A stretch of 60,777 nucleotides of DNA from an uncultured Gammaproteobacteria bacterium (GCA_964446235.1 CAYUNW010000001.1:103837-164613), one strand, 5' to 3'; numbered from the stretch's first letter, positions 48,465-60,153 are shown. Notes: generated by a model from the sequence alone, not told the origin. Translations and numbers: made by a program.

Positions 48465-49649
48465 TTATTTAAGTATTTTTGTAATTACACCGGCTCCAAC
48501 GGTTTTTCCACCTTCTCTTACGGCAAACCTTTGACCTTCTTCCAATGCTACCGGAACTATCAGTTTAACGGTCATTTTAATACTATCACCTGGCATTACC
48601 ATCTCTATTCCTTTAGGTAATGTTGCTTCTCCAGTAATATCGGTTGTTTTAATATAAAACTGTGGTCTGTATCCTGTAAAAAACGGTGTATGTCTACCAC
48701 CCTCTTCTTTTGTCAAAATATATACTTCTGCTTCAAACTCGGTATGTGGTGTAATTGATCCTGTTTTAGCAATAACTTGACCTCTTTCAACCTGATCTTT
48801 TTCCATACCTCGAAGCAATAAACCTACATTATCACCAGCCATCGCATCGTTTAACGTTTTTCTAAACATTTCTATCCCTGTCACGACAGTTTTTTGGGTT
48901 GCTTTAATTCCAACTATCTCAACTTCATCATTAACTTTCAAAGTGCCTCTTTCAACTCTTCCGGTAACAACAGTACCTCTTCCTTTTATCGAAAATACAT
49001 CTTCGATAGGCATTAAGAAAGGTTTTTCTGTGTCCCTTTTCGGTTCCGGAACATACTCATCGACCTGTTTCATCAATTCTTCAATTGATTTCACTGCTTC
49101 AGGATCACCTTGTAAAGCTTTAAGAGCACTACCTCTTATAACCGGAATTTTATCACCGGGAAACTTATATTTAGTCAATAACTCTCTTACTTCCATTTCA
49201 ACTAAATCAAGTAATTCTTTATCAGTTACCATATCTGTTTTATTCATAAAGACAATTATTGCCGGCACATTGACCTGTCCTGCTAACAATATATGCTCTC
49301 TAGTTTGAGGCATTGGTCCATCAGGAGCTGAAACAACTAATATTGCTCCATCCATCTGCGCAGCTCCGGTAATCATATTTTTAATGTAATCTGCGTGACC
49401 AGGAGCATCAATATGAGCATAATGCCTTTTTTCCGTTTCGTATTCTGAATGGTGAATATTAATCGTAACACCACGAGCTTTTTCTTCCGGCGCATTGTCA
49501 ATTTCTTCGTATTTCAATGCTTTTGCCAATCCTTTTTGTGCTAAAACATGGGTAATGGCAGATGTTAATGTGGTTTTACCATGATCTACATGTCCAATTG
49601 TTCCTATATTTAAATGTGGTTTATTTCTTTGAAAGGCACCTGTTGCCAT
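48465..49649 (-). CDS. tuf: Elongation factor Tu
   Basis: [42 protein letters not shown]. Confidence 0.99.
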   Translation of the reverse strand: MATGAFQRNKPHLNIGTIGHVDHGKTTLTSAITHVLAQKGLAKALKYEEIDNAPEEKARGVTINIHHSEYETEKRHYAHIDAPGHADYIKNMITGAAQMDGAILVVSAPDGPMPQTREHILLAGQVNVPAIIVFMNKTDMVTDKELLDLVEMEVRELLTKYKFPGDKIPVIRGSALKALQGDPEAVKSIEELMKQVDEYVPEPKRDTEKPFLMPIEDVFSIKGRGTVVTGRVERGTLKVNDEVEIVGIKATQKTVVTGIEMFRKTLNDAMAGDNVGLLLRGMEKDQVERGQVIAKTGSITPHTEFEAEVYILTKEEGGRHTPFFTGYRPQFYIKTTDITGEATLPKGIEMVMPGDSIKMTVKLIVPVALEEGQRFAVREGGKTVGAGVITKILK

Positions 49650-49741
49650 ATCAAATCTCCTTTCTTTATTTTTATAATTATGATATTACCCAAATATCGT
49701 AAAAATTTAACTAAAAAACTGCCCAAATTTTGGGTATTAGG

Positions 49742-49770
49742 ATTATACACTATCAAACAGTACTAAACAA
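49742..49770 (-). promoter_or_regulatory. Internal promoter for tuf
   Basis: TTGTTT, 17 nt, TATAAT in the fusA-tuf spacer. Confidence 0.6.
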
Positions 49771-49802
49771 GAGGTTTCTAATAGGAATTATCGGAATTAA
49801 AT

Positions 49803-51905
49803 TTATATTGATTTATTTACTATTTTTTCGGTAATATTTTTTGGAACTTCGGAGTAATGTGATGGTTCCATATAGTATGCAGCTCGACCTTGAGATATAC
49901 TTCTCAAACTTGTGGCGTAACCGGATAATTCTGCTAATGGAACCATTGCCAGAATTACTACAACATGACCTCTTTTTTCAGTACCTAATATTTGACCTCT
50001 TTTACTAGATAGGTCACCAATCACAGTTCCCATAAACTCTTCCGGAGTAGTTACTTCCACTTTCATAACCGGTTCCAATAAAGTCAAACCAGCCTGTTTA
50101 ACTGCAGACTGTAAAGCCATACTACCTGCAATTTTAAAAGCAATATCGGAAGAATCCACCTCATGAAATGTACCATCGTATAAAGTAACCTGCATATCAA
50201 CCAATGGATAACCTGCCAATACTCCTCTTTCCATAGCTTCGATTACACCTTTTTCTACCGAAGAAATGAATTCTTTAGGTATTGCCCCTCCTTTTATAGC
50301 ATCTATAAATTCAAAACCTTCTCCTCGAGTTCTAGGTTCAACTCTTAAGAAACAATGTCCATATTGACCTCTTCCTCCTGATTGTTTGATATATTTACCT
50401 TCGGCTTCTGCCTTAGTCATAATAGTCTCTTTATAAGCCACTTGAGGCGCGCCTACATTGGCCATAACTTTAAATTCCCGTTTCATCCTATCTACCAATA
50501 CATCAAGATGCAATTCACCCATGCCCCAAATTATTGTTTGTCCAGTTTCTTGATTAGATTTAATTTTGAATGTTGGATCTTCTTCTGATAAACGCTGTAA
50601 AGCAAGAGACATTTTTTCCTGATCGGCTTTTGTTTTAGGTTCTATTGCTAAAGATATTACCGGATCAGGAAATGATATATTTTCAAGTAATATTGGATTT
50701 GTCTGATCACACAAAGTATCACCCGTCCCTGTATCTTTCAAACCAACAACCGCAACGATATCACCTGCAATAGCTTTTTCGATTTCCTCTCTCTGATTTG
50801 CGTGCATTAATAATAATCTTCCAACTCTTTCCTGCCGGTCACTATTCGCATTAAAAATATAAGAACCGGAAGAAATTTGACCTGAATATATTCTTACGTA
50901 GGTTAATTTACCAACGTGCGGATCAAGTTGTATTTTAAAAGCCAGAGCAGACATGGATGAATCTACTGATGGATTTCTAGTTTCTTCATTTTTAGTTTTG
51001 GGATTAATTCCCTTAGCTGATGAAATATCTAAAGGTGAAGGTAAAAAATCAATAATACCATCAAGTAATGGTTGAACACCTTTATTTCGTAATGATGAAC
51101 CGGCATAAATTGGTACTAATTTATAAGCTATTGTGGCTTTTCTTAAAGCTTTTTTTAATTCATCCAAACCAGGTTCTTTTCCGTTTAGATAACTTTCAAG
51201 AAGTTTATCATCCTGTTCACAAATCTGTTCTATCAAAATTTTACGGTATTTTTCTACTTCATCCTGCATATCTTTAGGAATATTATCGCTAACCTCATAT
51301 TTTGCTCCTAACTCATCACTTCCCCAAATTATTGTTTTTTTTGTTAATAAATCTATCACTCCTTTAAAAGAGTTTTCTTTACCTATAGGTATCGTCAATA
51401 TCGCCGGCACGGCTCCTAATCTATCCTGAACCATTTTTACGGTACGATAAAAATCAGCCCCCAACTTATCCATTTTGTTTATAAAACACAGTCTGGGAAC
51501 ATTATATTTATCTGCTTGATGCCATACAGTTTCCGATTGTGATTGAACTCCCTCCTCGGCGTCTAATACGGTTACACCACCGTCAAGCACTCTTAAAGAA
51601 CGCTCTACTTCTGCTGTAAAATCCACATGACCCGGAGTGTCAATGATATTAATCCTAATATTCTTCCAAAATGTTGTCGTAGCAGCGGATGTAATTGTTA
51701 TCCCTCTTTCTTTTTCCTGTGGCATCCAGTCCATTTGAGTCGTACCTTCATCAATATCTCCGATTTTATAGGTCTTGCCGGTATAGTATAAAATTCTTTC
51801 GGTTGTTGTCGTTTTACCAGCATCTATATGAGCGATAATACCAATGTTTCTGATATTATCTAAAGTAACTTCTTTTTTTGGTTTATTCAATACATTTGCG
51901 GTCAT
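49803..51905 (-). CDS. fusA: Elongation factor G
   Basis: AHIDAGKTTTTERIL, DTPGHVDF..EVERSLRVLDG, NKMD, GMGELHL, KQSGGRGQYG. Confidence 0.99.
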   Translation of the reverse strand: MTANVLNKPKKEVTLDNIRNIGIIAHIDAGKTTTTERILYYTGKTYKIGDIDEGTTQMDWMPQEKERGITITSAATTTFWKNIRINIIDTPGHVDFTAEVERSLRVLDGGVTVLDAEEGVQSQSETVWHQADKYNVPRLCFINKMDKLGADFYRTVKMVQDRLGAVPAILTIPIGKENSFKGVIDLLTKKTIIWGSDELGAKYEVSDNIPKDMQDEVEKYRKILIEQICEQDDKLLESYLNGKEPGLDELKKALRKATIAYKLVPIYAGSSLRNKGVQPLLDGIIDFLPSPLDISSAKGINPKTKNEETRNPSVDSSMSALAFKIQLDPHVGKLTYVRIYSGQISSGSYIFNANSDRQERVGRLLLMHANQREEIEKAIAGDIVAVVGLKDTGTGDTLCDQTNPILLENISFPDPVISLAIEPKTKADQEKMSLALQRLSEEDPTFKIKSNQETGQTIIWGMGELHLDVLVDRMKREFKVMANVGAPQVAYKETIMTKAEAEGKYIKQSGGRGQYGHCFLRVEPRTRGEGFEFIDAIKGGAIPKEFISSVEKGVIEAMERGVLAGYPLVDMQVTLYDGTFHEVDSSDIAFKIAGSMALQSAVKQAGLTLLEPVMKVEVTTPEEFMGTVIGDLSSKRGQILGTEKRGHVVVILAMVPLAELSGYATSLRSISQGRAAYYMEPSHYSEVPKNITEKIVNKSI

Positions 51906-51918
51906 AAAAAAATAAAAG

Positions 51919-51957
51919 CCAATTGAAAATTTGAAATATTATCAAATATTCAATTGG
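51919..51957 (-). terminator. Stem-loop plus U-tract between rpsG and fusA
   Basis: CCAAUUGAA..AUUUGA/UCAAAU..UUCAAUUGG, then CUUUUAUUUUUU-AUG. Confidence 0.55.
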
Positions 51958-51963
51958 ACTCTT

Positions 51964-52440
51964 TTACCATCGAAAATGCGAAAAAGCTCTGTTTGCTTCT
52001 GCATTTCGATGCATTAAGTCACGTTTTCTAATTGCTTCTCCAATATTATTATATGCATCTAATAATTCTGCTGCAAGTTTCTCTTTGAATGTGTGAAATT
52101 GTTTGTTTGGCCGAGCATTGGCTGATTGAATTAACCATCGTATGGCAAGCGATAATCTACGTTCCCCTCTAACTTCAACTGGCACCTGGTAAGAAGCGCC
52201 CCCTATTCTTCTAGGTCTGACTTCCATCTTCGGACCTACATTTTGAATCGCCTGTAAAAAAACTTCTAATGGTTCGAGTTTTTTTTCTTTTATAATCTCA
52301 AAAGCTCCGTACACATTATTTTGAGCTACCGTTTTCTTGCCGCTTTTCATTACTTTATTTATGAAACGGGTTAAAAGTTTATTGTCGTATACTGGATCTG
52401 TCGAAATATTCCTTTTTTTTGGTTTATTATGTCTAGCCAT
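51964..52440 (-). CDS. rpsG: 30S ribosomal protein S7
   Basis: M..GKK..A, P..EV..RR.GG..YQVP, H.MAEAN-like [13 protein letters not shown]. Confidence 0.97.
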   Translation of the reverse strand: MARHNKPKKRNISTDPVYDNKLLTRFINKVMKSGKKTVAQNNVYGAFEIIKEKKLEPLEVFLQAIQNVGPKMEVRPRRIGGASYQVPVEVRGERRLSLAIRWLIQSANARPNKQFHTFKEKLAAELLDAYNNIGEAIRKRDLMHRNAEANRAFSHFRW

Positions 52441-52449
52441 AATATTTTA

Positions 52450-52905
52450 TTATGTATTTACTACCGGTGTTGCTGCAACGGTTTTTACTGCTGAAGTTTC
52501 ATCTTTTTTTGTACCATAACGAGATCTGCCTTTTTTTCTACCGACAACTCCTGTTGTATCAAATTTTCCTCTAACAATATGATATTTAACGCCCGGCAGG
52601 TCTTTCACTCTACCACCTCTAACCATTACAATCGCATGCTCGGTCAATTCATGTCCGATACCTGGAATATAAGATGTCACCTCTTGTTTGTTTGATAATC
52701 TAACTCTGGCAACCTTTCTCAATGCAGAATTAGGCTTTTTAGGAGTCATTGTTTTAACAAGAGTAACTACTCCTCTTTTAAACGGAGCTGGAATTTGTTT
52801 CACTAATCTTTTTGGAGAATTAAAATATTTTCTCAAAGCAGTTGCTTTGATCTTTTTTAAACTTTTTTTTCGTCCTTTTTTCACTAATTGATTAAATGTC
52901 GGCAT
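52450..52905 (-). CDS. rpsL: 30S ribosomal protein S12
   Basis: [33 protein letters not shown]...RG. Confidence 0.97.
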   Translation of the reverse strand: MPTFNQLVKKGRKKSLKKIKATALRKYFNSPKRLVKQIPAPFKRGVVTLVKTMTPKKPNSALRKVARVRLSNKQEVTSYIPGIGHELTEHAIVMVRGGRVKDLPGVKYHIVRGKFDTTGVVGRKKGRSRYGTKKDETSAVKTVAATPVVNT

Positions 52906-52922
52906 AAATGATAAAAAAAATA

Positions 52923-52961
52923 TCCAATCTAACCATTATCCAAATTTATTGGTAAATTGGA
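52923..52961 (-). terminator. Stem-loop plus U-tract after rpoC
   Basis: UCCAAUUUACCA...UGGUUAGAUUGGA, then UAUUUUUUUU. Confidence 0.6.
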
Positions 52962-52974
52962 CAATATGTAAATT

Positions 52975-55900
52975 CTAACTATTAATAATTGCTCTTTCTT
53001 TTGATACCGGAATGAGCCGACCGATTATAACATTTTCTTTCAATCCTAACAACAAATCTACTCTACCTGTCAAGGATGCGTCTGTTAATACATTTGTTGT
53101 TTCCTGAAATGATGCAGCTGATAACCAGGAATCAGTATATAACGATGCTCTGGTAATTCCCAGTATCACCACTTGAGCAGTGGCAGGCTCTCCACCTTCA
53201 GATAATATTTTTGCATTCTCAGTTTCAAATCTTCTTCTATCAACAAGCTCACCGGGTAATAATACGGTGTCTCCTGCCGTTTCAATTCTAACTTTATCAC
53301 TCATTTTCCTGATAATTACTTCAAAATGCTTATCATTTATCGGAATTCCTTGAGATTTATAGACTTTTTGAATTTCTTCAAGTAAGTACTTCTGAGCGCC
53401 TAACAATCCTCTTATTTGCAAAACTTGTCTTATATCTAAAGATCCGTGGGTAAGCGGGTCTCCTGCCGAAATTAAATCTCCAGTTTTTACGTTTAATTCT
53501 GACGTTTTAGTAACAAAATATGTTCTTTCTTCTACCGGTTTAATTCCTATACTTTTAATGGTTATATCATATCCTGTTTCAACCTCATCAACTGTTACTT
53601 TTCCTGAAATTTCCGCTAATGGTGAAAATACTTTTGGAGTTCTTGCTTCAACTAATTCTTCAACTCTAGGTAATCCCTGTGTAACGTCTAAACCTACAAT
53701 ACCCCCCGCATGTCTAACCCGCATAGTCAATTGAGTACCAGGTTCACCGATTGATTGTGCTGCTAAAATCCCCACGGGAGTACCAATTTCTACAAATTGT
53801 TTTGAAGATAAATCTAATCCATAACAGGAAGCACAAAGTCCTGTTCTTAATTCACATGTTAATGGAGAACGTACTATCACTTCTTTAACTTTACTTAGTC
53901 CAGGTAATTTATTCTCAGTTATCAGTTCTCCCTGTTTAAACAAAACCTTTTTCCCTTCGATCACATCTTTTATCAACACCCGGCCCATGATTTTTACTTC
54001 AAATTCCTCGTTCTTATTTTCCTCACGCACGATAGTAATACCTTCTTTAGTACCGCAATCATCGGTTCGTATAATTGCATCATGTGCTACATCAATCAAT
54101 CTTCTTGTAAGATACCCTGCGTCTGCAGTTTTTAAAGCCGAATCTGTTAATCCTTTTCTTGATCCTCTTGTTGAAGTTACATATTCAAAAATACTTAAAC
54201 CTTCACGATAATTTGATTTTGTGGGTAATTCTACTATTTTCCCCAATGGATCAACTACTAAACCTTTTATGGCGGATAATTGTTTTAATTGATCTTTAGA
54301 TGCTCTAGCGCCTCCGGAATTAATAATTATTTTTACCGGGTTATCATCAGTCATTGCATTCCATGTATCATCTGCAATTTTTTCTGTTACATCTATCCAA
54401 ATCTCATTAGCTAATCTACGTCTTTCTTCGTTGGTTATCAATCCTTGCAGATAATTATTTTCAATTTCTTTTATCTTTTCTTCAGCATTTTTTACTATAT
54501 CATTCTTCTCTTTGATAATAATATTATCGAACACCGACAATGATAATCCCCCTGCTATAGTTGCTCCAAAAAATCCAAAGTCTTTGAATCTATCAATTAA
54601 ATCAGCCACTTCCTCTTTAGGATACATATCATAGGCTGTCTTAATAATTGATTTTATTTTGGATGCTTTAATTGATTCATTGATGTATCTTAATTCTTTC
54701 GGTAATATTTCATTAAATAATATCCTACCAATACTTGTGCGGATAATTTTCCCGTCGATTTTTACCAAAACTGGGCTTCTTAAATCTTTTTTATCTGCCT
54801 GATATGCTAATATTGCTTCCTGTTCATCTGCAAAAATCGGTAATTCTTTATCATCAAAATTATCACTATCAGATCTTAATGATGTTAGATAATAACATCC
54901 CAAAGCCATTTCTTTATTTGGTATCGTAATCGGTGTACCATCGGCTGGTTTTAATAAATTCGACAATGGTAACATTAGCTCGCTTGATTCATTCTGGGAC
55001 TGTTTGGACAATGGAACATGCACAGCCATTTGGTCTCCGTCAAAATCCGCGTTATAACCTGCGCAAACACATGGGTGAATTCTGATTGCCGACCCTTCAA
55101 TCAATATCGGATAAAATGCTTGTATGCCTAATTTATGTAAAGTAGGAGCTCTGTTTAACAAAACAGGATGATTTTTGGTAATCTCTTCTAATATATCAAA
55201 TACTTCTGCTTCTCTCAGTTCTAAAACATTTTTAGCACTCTTTACATTCGGAGCGATCCCCCGAATAATCAACTCTCTTAGTACAAACGGTTTGAATAAT
55301 TCAAGCGCCATCTCTTTCGGCAAACCACACTGTGACAAACTTAATTCAGGTCCCACAACTATTACTGATCTACCTGAATAATCAACTCTTTTACCTAAAA
55401 GATTTTGCCTAAATCTCCCTTGTTTACCTCTCAACATGTCTGATAATGACCTTAACACCTGTGTACTTGCCGTTCGAGAAGTTCTTCTTTGACTTGCATC
55501 GATAAGGGAATCAACAGCTTCCTGTAGCATTCTTTTTTCATTTCTCAAAATAATCTCTGGAGCTCCTAATTCTATCAAATGTTTAAGTCTATTATTGCGA
55601 TTTATAACTCTTCTGTATAAATCATTCAAATCTGATGTAGCAAATTTACCACCAGTTAACTGAACCATCGGCCTCAAATCAGGCGGAATAACCGGTAAAA
55701 CATTCATAATCGTCCAACCAGGATTTATACTGGCAGTTTTTATACCTTCCAAAACATGTAATCTTTTGGTAATTTTTATCTTTTTCTGACCGGATGAGAC
55801 AATTAATTCTTTTCTCAAATCTGCAGTAATTTTAGGGATATCAAAGTTTTTTAAAATTTCATTAATTGCTTCTGCTCCCATACCAACTTTTACATAAGAA

Positions 55901-56688
55901 GAAACACCATACTCTCTTAATTTTAGATATTCATCTTCTGATATAACTGAAAGTGTCTTAATCCTTTTTACCAAATCTGAAATCGTATTAAATATTTCTT
56001 TTGCAGTTTCGTTCTCGCTTTCTTTATCCTCGTTTAAGCTCTTTATTTGTTGTTTCATTTTATATTGCAACTCGTCTACAGCTAAATCTTTTGCTTCTTT
56101 GTTTTTTACTTTTTTATCCAAATCCTTCTCAGCTTTATGAAATTCCTGTTCAATCTCTTTTTCTTTTGATAAATATATTTTATCCCTTTCAACTCTCCTC
56201 TTTTCAAAATTTACTTCTAATGATGAAAGTACTTTCTTTTGTTCTTCTTTATCCACGTTTAAAACTAAATATGAAGAATAGTAAATTATATTTTCCAATG
56301 CTTTTGGGGGAATATCCATAATTAAAGATAGTTTTGATGGACTACCTTTAAAAAACCACACATGAACTACGGGGGCTGCAAGTTTAATATGACCCATTCT
56401 CTCTCTACGTACCTTACTCTGTGTTACCTCTACTCCGCATTTATCACAAATTATTCCTCGGTATCGGATTCTTTTATATTTACCACAGTAACATTCCCAA
56501 TCTTTTGTAGGACCAAAAATTTTCTCGTCAAATAAACCGTCTTTTTCCGGTTTGAGAGTACGATAATTTATTGTTTCAGGTTTGGTAATTTCACCATATG
56601 ACCAAGATAATACATCTTCGCTTGATGCAAGCGTGACCAGTAAAGATGAAAAATCTACAATATTTTGAAAACTACCTTTTTTATCCAT
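52975..56688 (-). CDS. rpoC: RNA polymerase beta' subunit
   Basis: C.CGKY, RERMGHI.LA, GKRVDYSGRSVI, NADFDGDQM, ASFQETT.VL. Confidence 0.99.
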   Translation of the reverse strand: MDKKGSFQNIVDFSSLLVTLASSEDVLSWSYGEITKPETINYRTLKPEKDGLFDEKIFGPTKDWECYCGKYKRIRYRGIICDKCGVEVTQSKVRRERMGHIKLAAPVVHVWFFKGSPSKLSLIMDIPPKALENIIYYSSYLVLNVDKEEQKKVLSSLEVNFEKRRVERDKIYLSKEKEIEQEFHKAEKDLDKKVKNKEAKDLAVDELQYKMKQQIKSLNEDKESENETAKEIFNTISDLVKRIKTLSVISEDEYLKLREYGVSSYVKVGMGAEAINEILKNFDIPKITADLRKELIVSSGQKKIKITKRLHVLEGIKTASINPGWTIMNVLPVIPPDLRPMVQLTGGKFATSDLNDLYRRVINRNNRLKHLIELGAPEIILRNEKRMLQEAVDSLIDASQRRTSRTASTQVLRSLSDMLRGKQGRFRQNLLGKRVDYSGRSVIVVGPELSLSQCGLPKEMALELFKPFVLRELIIRGIAPNVKSAKNVLELREAEVFDILEEITKNHPVLLNRAPTLHKLGIQAFYPILIEGSAIRIHPCVCAGYNADFDGDQMAVHVPLSKQSQNESSELMLPLSNLLKPADGTPITIPNKEMALGCYYLTSLRSDSDNFDDKELPIFADEQEAILAYQADKKDLRSPVLVKIDGKIIRTSIGRILFNEILPKELRYINESIKASKIKSIIKTAYDMYPKEEVADLIDRFKDFGFFGATIAGGLSLSVFDNIIIKEKNDIVKNAEEKIKEIENNYLQGLITNEERRRLANEIWIDVTEKIADDTWNAMTDDNPVKIIINSGGARASKDQLKQLSAIKGLVVDPLGKIVELPTKSNYREGLSIFEYVTSTRGSRKGLTDSALKTADAGYLTRRLIDVAHDAIIRTDDCGTKEGITIVREENKNEEFEVKIMGRVLIKDVIEGKKVLFKQGELITENKLPGLSKVKEVIVRSPLTCELRTGLCASCYGLDLSSKQFVEIGTPVGILAAQSIGEPGTQLTMRVRHAGGIVGLDVTQGLPRVEELVEARTPKVFSPLAEISGKVTVDEVETGYDITIKSIGIKPVEERTYFVTKTSELNVKTGDLISAGDPLTHGSLDIRQVLQIRGLLGAQKYLLEEIQKVYKSQGIPINDKHFEVIIRKMSDKVRIETAGDTVLLPGELVDRRRFETENAKILSEGGEPATAQVVILGITRASLYTDSWLSAASFQETTNVLTDASLTGRVDLLLGLKENVIIGRLIPVSKERAIINS

Positions 56689-56690
56689 TA

Positions 56691-59600
56691 TTAATTCTCC
56701 TCATTGTCTAAATTTTCTTCTGTAATCGGTTTTTCTTCTTGAATTTTCTGTTTCGCTTCTCCTTCTAAATTTTCTTTAATTTCCTCAAGCTTCTTTTCAT
56801 TTTCTGCTTTTTCTTCAGAATTTTCCTGATTTTCACTTTGAATCTGTTTTTGAGCATGAATCACTCCTTGAGGAGTAATTTTAAGACCTAATGCCTGAAG
56901 TTCTTTTACTAAAACTTTAAATGATTCCGGAATTGTCGAGTCTGGAATATCCGTGCCTTTTACAATCGCTTCAAAAGCCCGAGCTCTACCTACTACATCA
57001 TCTGACTTTATAGTTAACATCTCTTGTAGAGTGTAAGCTGCACGATGAGCCTCCAATGCCCAAACTTCCATTTCCCCAAGTCTTTGTCCACCCATCTGAG
57101 CTTTACCGCCGAGAGGTTGTTGTGTAACTAAAGAATAAGGTCCTGTTGATCGAGCATGTGTTTTATCTTCAACCATGTGAATTAATTTCATGATATATGC
57201 AACTCCAACTACCACAGGTTCTTTATATGCTTCACCAGATCTACCGTCAAAAAGAATCGCTTTTCCGTTCAATGGCAAGCCTTGTCTATTATATTCATCG
57301 ACTATCTTACTTTCAGATATTTTTTCAAACACCGGTACGGATACTTTCGTGTTATTTTTCATCATTATCCAACCAAGATGAGCTTCTAATAACTGTCCTA
57401 AATTCATTCTTGATAATACTGATAATGGTGAAATAATAATGTCAACCGGAGTACCATCTTCTAAATACGGCATATCTGACACAGGTACGATATTGCTTAT
57501 TACACCTTTATTACCGTGTCTTCCGGCAAGTTTATCACCAACGACAACTTTCCTAAGCTGAGCAACTTTTACGATAATTTTCTTGATTGTTCCCGGGTGT
57601 AATTCATCACCTTTATCCCTATCTAAAATCTTAACTTCGATCACAACACCTCTCTCACCATGAGGCATACGTAAAGATGTGTCCCTAACTTCTCTTGCTT
57701 TTTCTCCAAAGATTGCTCTAAGAAGTCTTTCTTCAGCTGTCAGTTCTGTTTCACCTTTAGGGGCAATTTTACCTACTAATATATCATTCGGTTCTACTTC
57801 GGCACCTACAACTACTACTCCATAATCATCCAAATTTGCCAATGCTTCTTCACCGACATTGGGTATATCTCTAGTTGTTTCTTCCGGTCCAAGTTTAGTA
57901 TCAACTACTTCAACTTCATATTCCTCAATAGAAATTGAAGTTAAAACATCCTCTTTTACTAGTCTATCTGAAACTACAATAGCATCTTCATATCCCATTC
58001 CATCAAGAGACGCGTATGCAATTACAAGATTTTGACCCAATGCCAGTTCCCCACTTTCCGATGCTGGTGCATCGATTATCACTTGTCCATTTTTAACTTT
58101 TTGTTTAAGAGATACTAAAGGTTTTTGAGAGAAACAAGTATTTTGAGAAGTTCTTTTAAATTTTTCAATATGGTAAACATATTCTTTTTTACTTTTTCCT
58201 TTAAGAATTAATTTTTCAGCATCAACGTATATCACTAAACCATCTTCTGGAGCACACACTGCTCTTTTCAAAGCTAGTGGTACAACCGACTCCATCCCTG
58301 TGCCTACATAAGGTGATTGAGGTTTAACAAGTGGTACTGCTTGACATTGCATATGGGTACCCATAAGTGCTCTATTTGCCTCATCATGAGCAAGAAAAGG
58401 GATTAAAGAAGCAGAAACACCCACAACTTGTCTTGGAATAACGTCGATATAAGAAATATTTGCTGAATCCGTTTCCAAAAAATCGCCTTTATACCTTGCA
58501 GGAACCCGATCATCTAAAATATATCCTCTTTTATCAATATTTACACCTGCATGAGTAATAAACGATCTTCTTTCATCATCTGCTGTCAAATACTCGACTT
58601 TTGAAGTAATCCGTGGTTTGTTTGTTTTTTTATCAAATTCAACCTTACGATATGGTGCTTCTAAAAATCCGTATTCGTTAACTTTGGCGTATAAAGCCAT
58701 ATATGTGACTAGACCAATATTTGGTCCTTCTGGACTTCTTACTGGACAGATTCTTCCATATTGAGACGCATTAATATCTCTAATCGAAAATGAAGCTCTC
58801 TCTCTAGAAATTCCTCCAACTCCCATAACTGTTAATCTTCTTAAGTTGTCAATTTCTGATAAAGGATTAGTCTGGTCTAAAATTGTTGATAACTGACTAG
58901 TCCGGAAGAAATCATTAATTGATGCAATTATAGGTCGGGCATTAACGATTTGACTTGGCATCAAATCCAAATCCGTGCCAACCAAACTCATTCTTTCTTT
59001 AATTGATCTTTCAAGCCTCATTAATCCTAATTTAAAAGCATTTGTTGCTACTAATTCCCCTACCCTTCTGATTCTTCTATTTCCTAAATGATCAATATCA
59101 TCAATATCACCTTCGTTTTTTGTAAGCTTTAATAGATATTTCACTATACCAACGATATCTTCATTTGTTAAAACCCAATTATCTTTATTGTTTTCAATAC
59201 TCAAACCTAATTTCTTATTCATTTTATACCTACCTACTGAACCTAAACTATACCTTCTAGAATTGAAAAAAAGATTTTTTAATAATTCCTGTGCATTATC
59301 CAAAATCGCTGGCTCTCCTGGTCTCATTTTCCGGTAAATCTCAATTACAGCTTCCTGTTGGGTCTTTGACGAATCTTTGGAAAGAGTGCTTTCAATATAT
59401 CTTTTACTCTGTTCATCATCTTTAAAAATATTCATAATCGCTTCATCGCTGTCTATCCCAATAGCTCTCAAAAGCGTGGTAACAGGATGTTTTCTTCTTC
59501 TATCTATTCTGACAGTAACTACATCATTTCTGGATATGGCAAAGTCTAACCAAGAACCAAACAGAGGTCGGACTTCAGCAATATATAGCATTTTTCCTGT

Positions 59601-60068
59601 AACCGGGTCGCGATCACCGGTAAAATAGACTCCAGGAGACCTAACCAACTGATTGACAATACATCTTTCTACTCCATTAATTATAAATGTACCGTTCTCA
59701 GTCATTGTGGGAAAATCACCTAAAAAAACTTCTTGAGCAATCTTTTTACCGGTCTGAAGATTTGTTAAAATTGCTTCAACTTTCAATGGAGAATCATATG
59801 TTAAACCTTTATTTAAACATTCCTCCGTGGAATATCTAGGATTGTTGAAATAATGTTTACCAAAAGCCAAACTCCAATTTTTACCGGTAAAATCATCAAC
59901 AGGAGAAATCTCTTTTATCAACTCGGCTATTCCCTCATTGATAAACCATAAATATGATTCTTTTTGTACAGCAATTAAATCAAGCTTTGGAAGTTCAACA
60001 TTGGTTTCTACCCAATTTATTCTTGTAGAGGCAGTATGCGATTGATTATTATTCTTATTCTTTGGCAT
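56691..60068 (-). CDS. rpoB: RNA polymerase beta subunit
   Basis: FIING.ER..V.QL.RSPG, DIDHLGNRR, PEGPNIGL, GDKLAGRHGNKGV, GGQR.GEMEVWALEA. Confidence 0.99.
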   Translation of the reverse strand: MPKNKNNNQSHTASTRINWVETNVELPKLDLIAVQKESYLWFINEGIAELIKEISPVDDFTGKNWSLAFGKHYFNNPRYSTEECLNKGLTYDSPLKVEAILTNLQTGKKIAQEVFLGDFPTMTENGTFIINGVERCIVNQLVRSPGVYFTGDRDPVTGKMLYIAEVRPLFGSWLDFAISRNDVVTVRIDRRRKHPVTTLLRAIGIDSDEAIMNIFKDDEQSKRYIESTLSKDSSKTQQEAVIEIYRKMRPGEPAILDNAQELLKNLFFNSRRYSLGSVGRYKMNKKLGLSIENNKDNWVLTNEDIVGIVKYLLKLTKNEGDIDDIDHLGNRRIRRVGELVATNAFKLGLMRLERSIKERMSLVGTDLDLMPSQIVNARPIIASINDFFRTSQLSTILDQTNPLSEIDNLRRLTVMGVGGISRERASFSIRDINASQYGRICPVRSPEGPNIGLVTYMALYAKVNEYGFLEAPYRKVEFDKKTNKPRITSKVEYLTADDERRSFITHAGVNIDKRGYILDDRVPARYKGDFLETDSANISYIDVIPRQVVGVSASLIPFLAHDEANRALMGTHMQCQAVPLVKPQSPYVGTGMESVVPLALKRAVCAPEDGLVIYVDAEKLILKGKSKKEYVYHIEKFKRTSQNTCFSQKPLVSLKQKVKNGQVIIDAPASESGELALGQNLVIAYASLDGMGYEDAIVVSDRLVKEDVLTSISIEEYEVEVVDTKLGPEETTRDIPNVGEEALANLDDYGVVVVGAEVEPNDILVGKIAPKGETELTAEERLLRAIFGEKAREVRDTSLRMPHGERGVVIEVKILDRDKGDELHPGTIKKIIVKVAQLRKVVVGDKLAGRHGNKGVISNIVPVSDMPYLEDGTPVDIIISPLSVLSRMNLGQLLEAHLGWIMMKNNTKVSVPVFEKISESKIVDEYNRQGLPLNGKAILFDGRSGEAYKEPVVVGVAYIMKLIHMVEDKTHARSTGPYSLVTQQPLGGKAQMGGQRLGEMEVWALEAHRAAYTLQEMLTIKSDDVVGRARAFEAIVKGTDIPDSTIPESFKVLVKELQALGLKITPQGVIHAQKQIQSENQENSEEKAENEKKLEEIKENLEGEAKQKIQEEKPITEENLDNEEN

Positions 60069-60100
60069 CGGGAGAATCTAGATGTTATCTAATTTATCAA

Positions 60101-60141
60101 AAGAAAAAAAGCGTACAGAGACCGTACGCCTCTCGCTTTTT
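60101..60141 (-). terminator. Leader terminator upstream of rpoB, with an alternative fold
   Basis: GCGUAC-GGUCUCU-GUACGC followed by U7. Alternative pairing AAAAAGCG-AGAG with CUCU-(GUA)-CGCUUUUU. Confidence 0.7.
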
Positions 60142-60153
60142 ATCTTTTAAAGG

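Noticed and set aside
49721-49735. Hairpin in the tuf leader as a regulatory switch
   Set aside because: Only a 5-bp stem, immediately at the predicted TSS. The alternative pairing lies downstream and cannot antiterminate.
30372-60068. Inteins or introns in recA, rpoB, rpoC, fusA or tuf
   Set aside because: The lengths and motif spacing are ordinary and the frames are uninterrupted.
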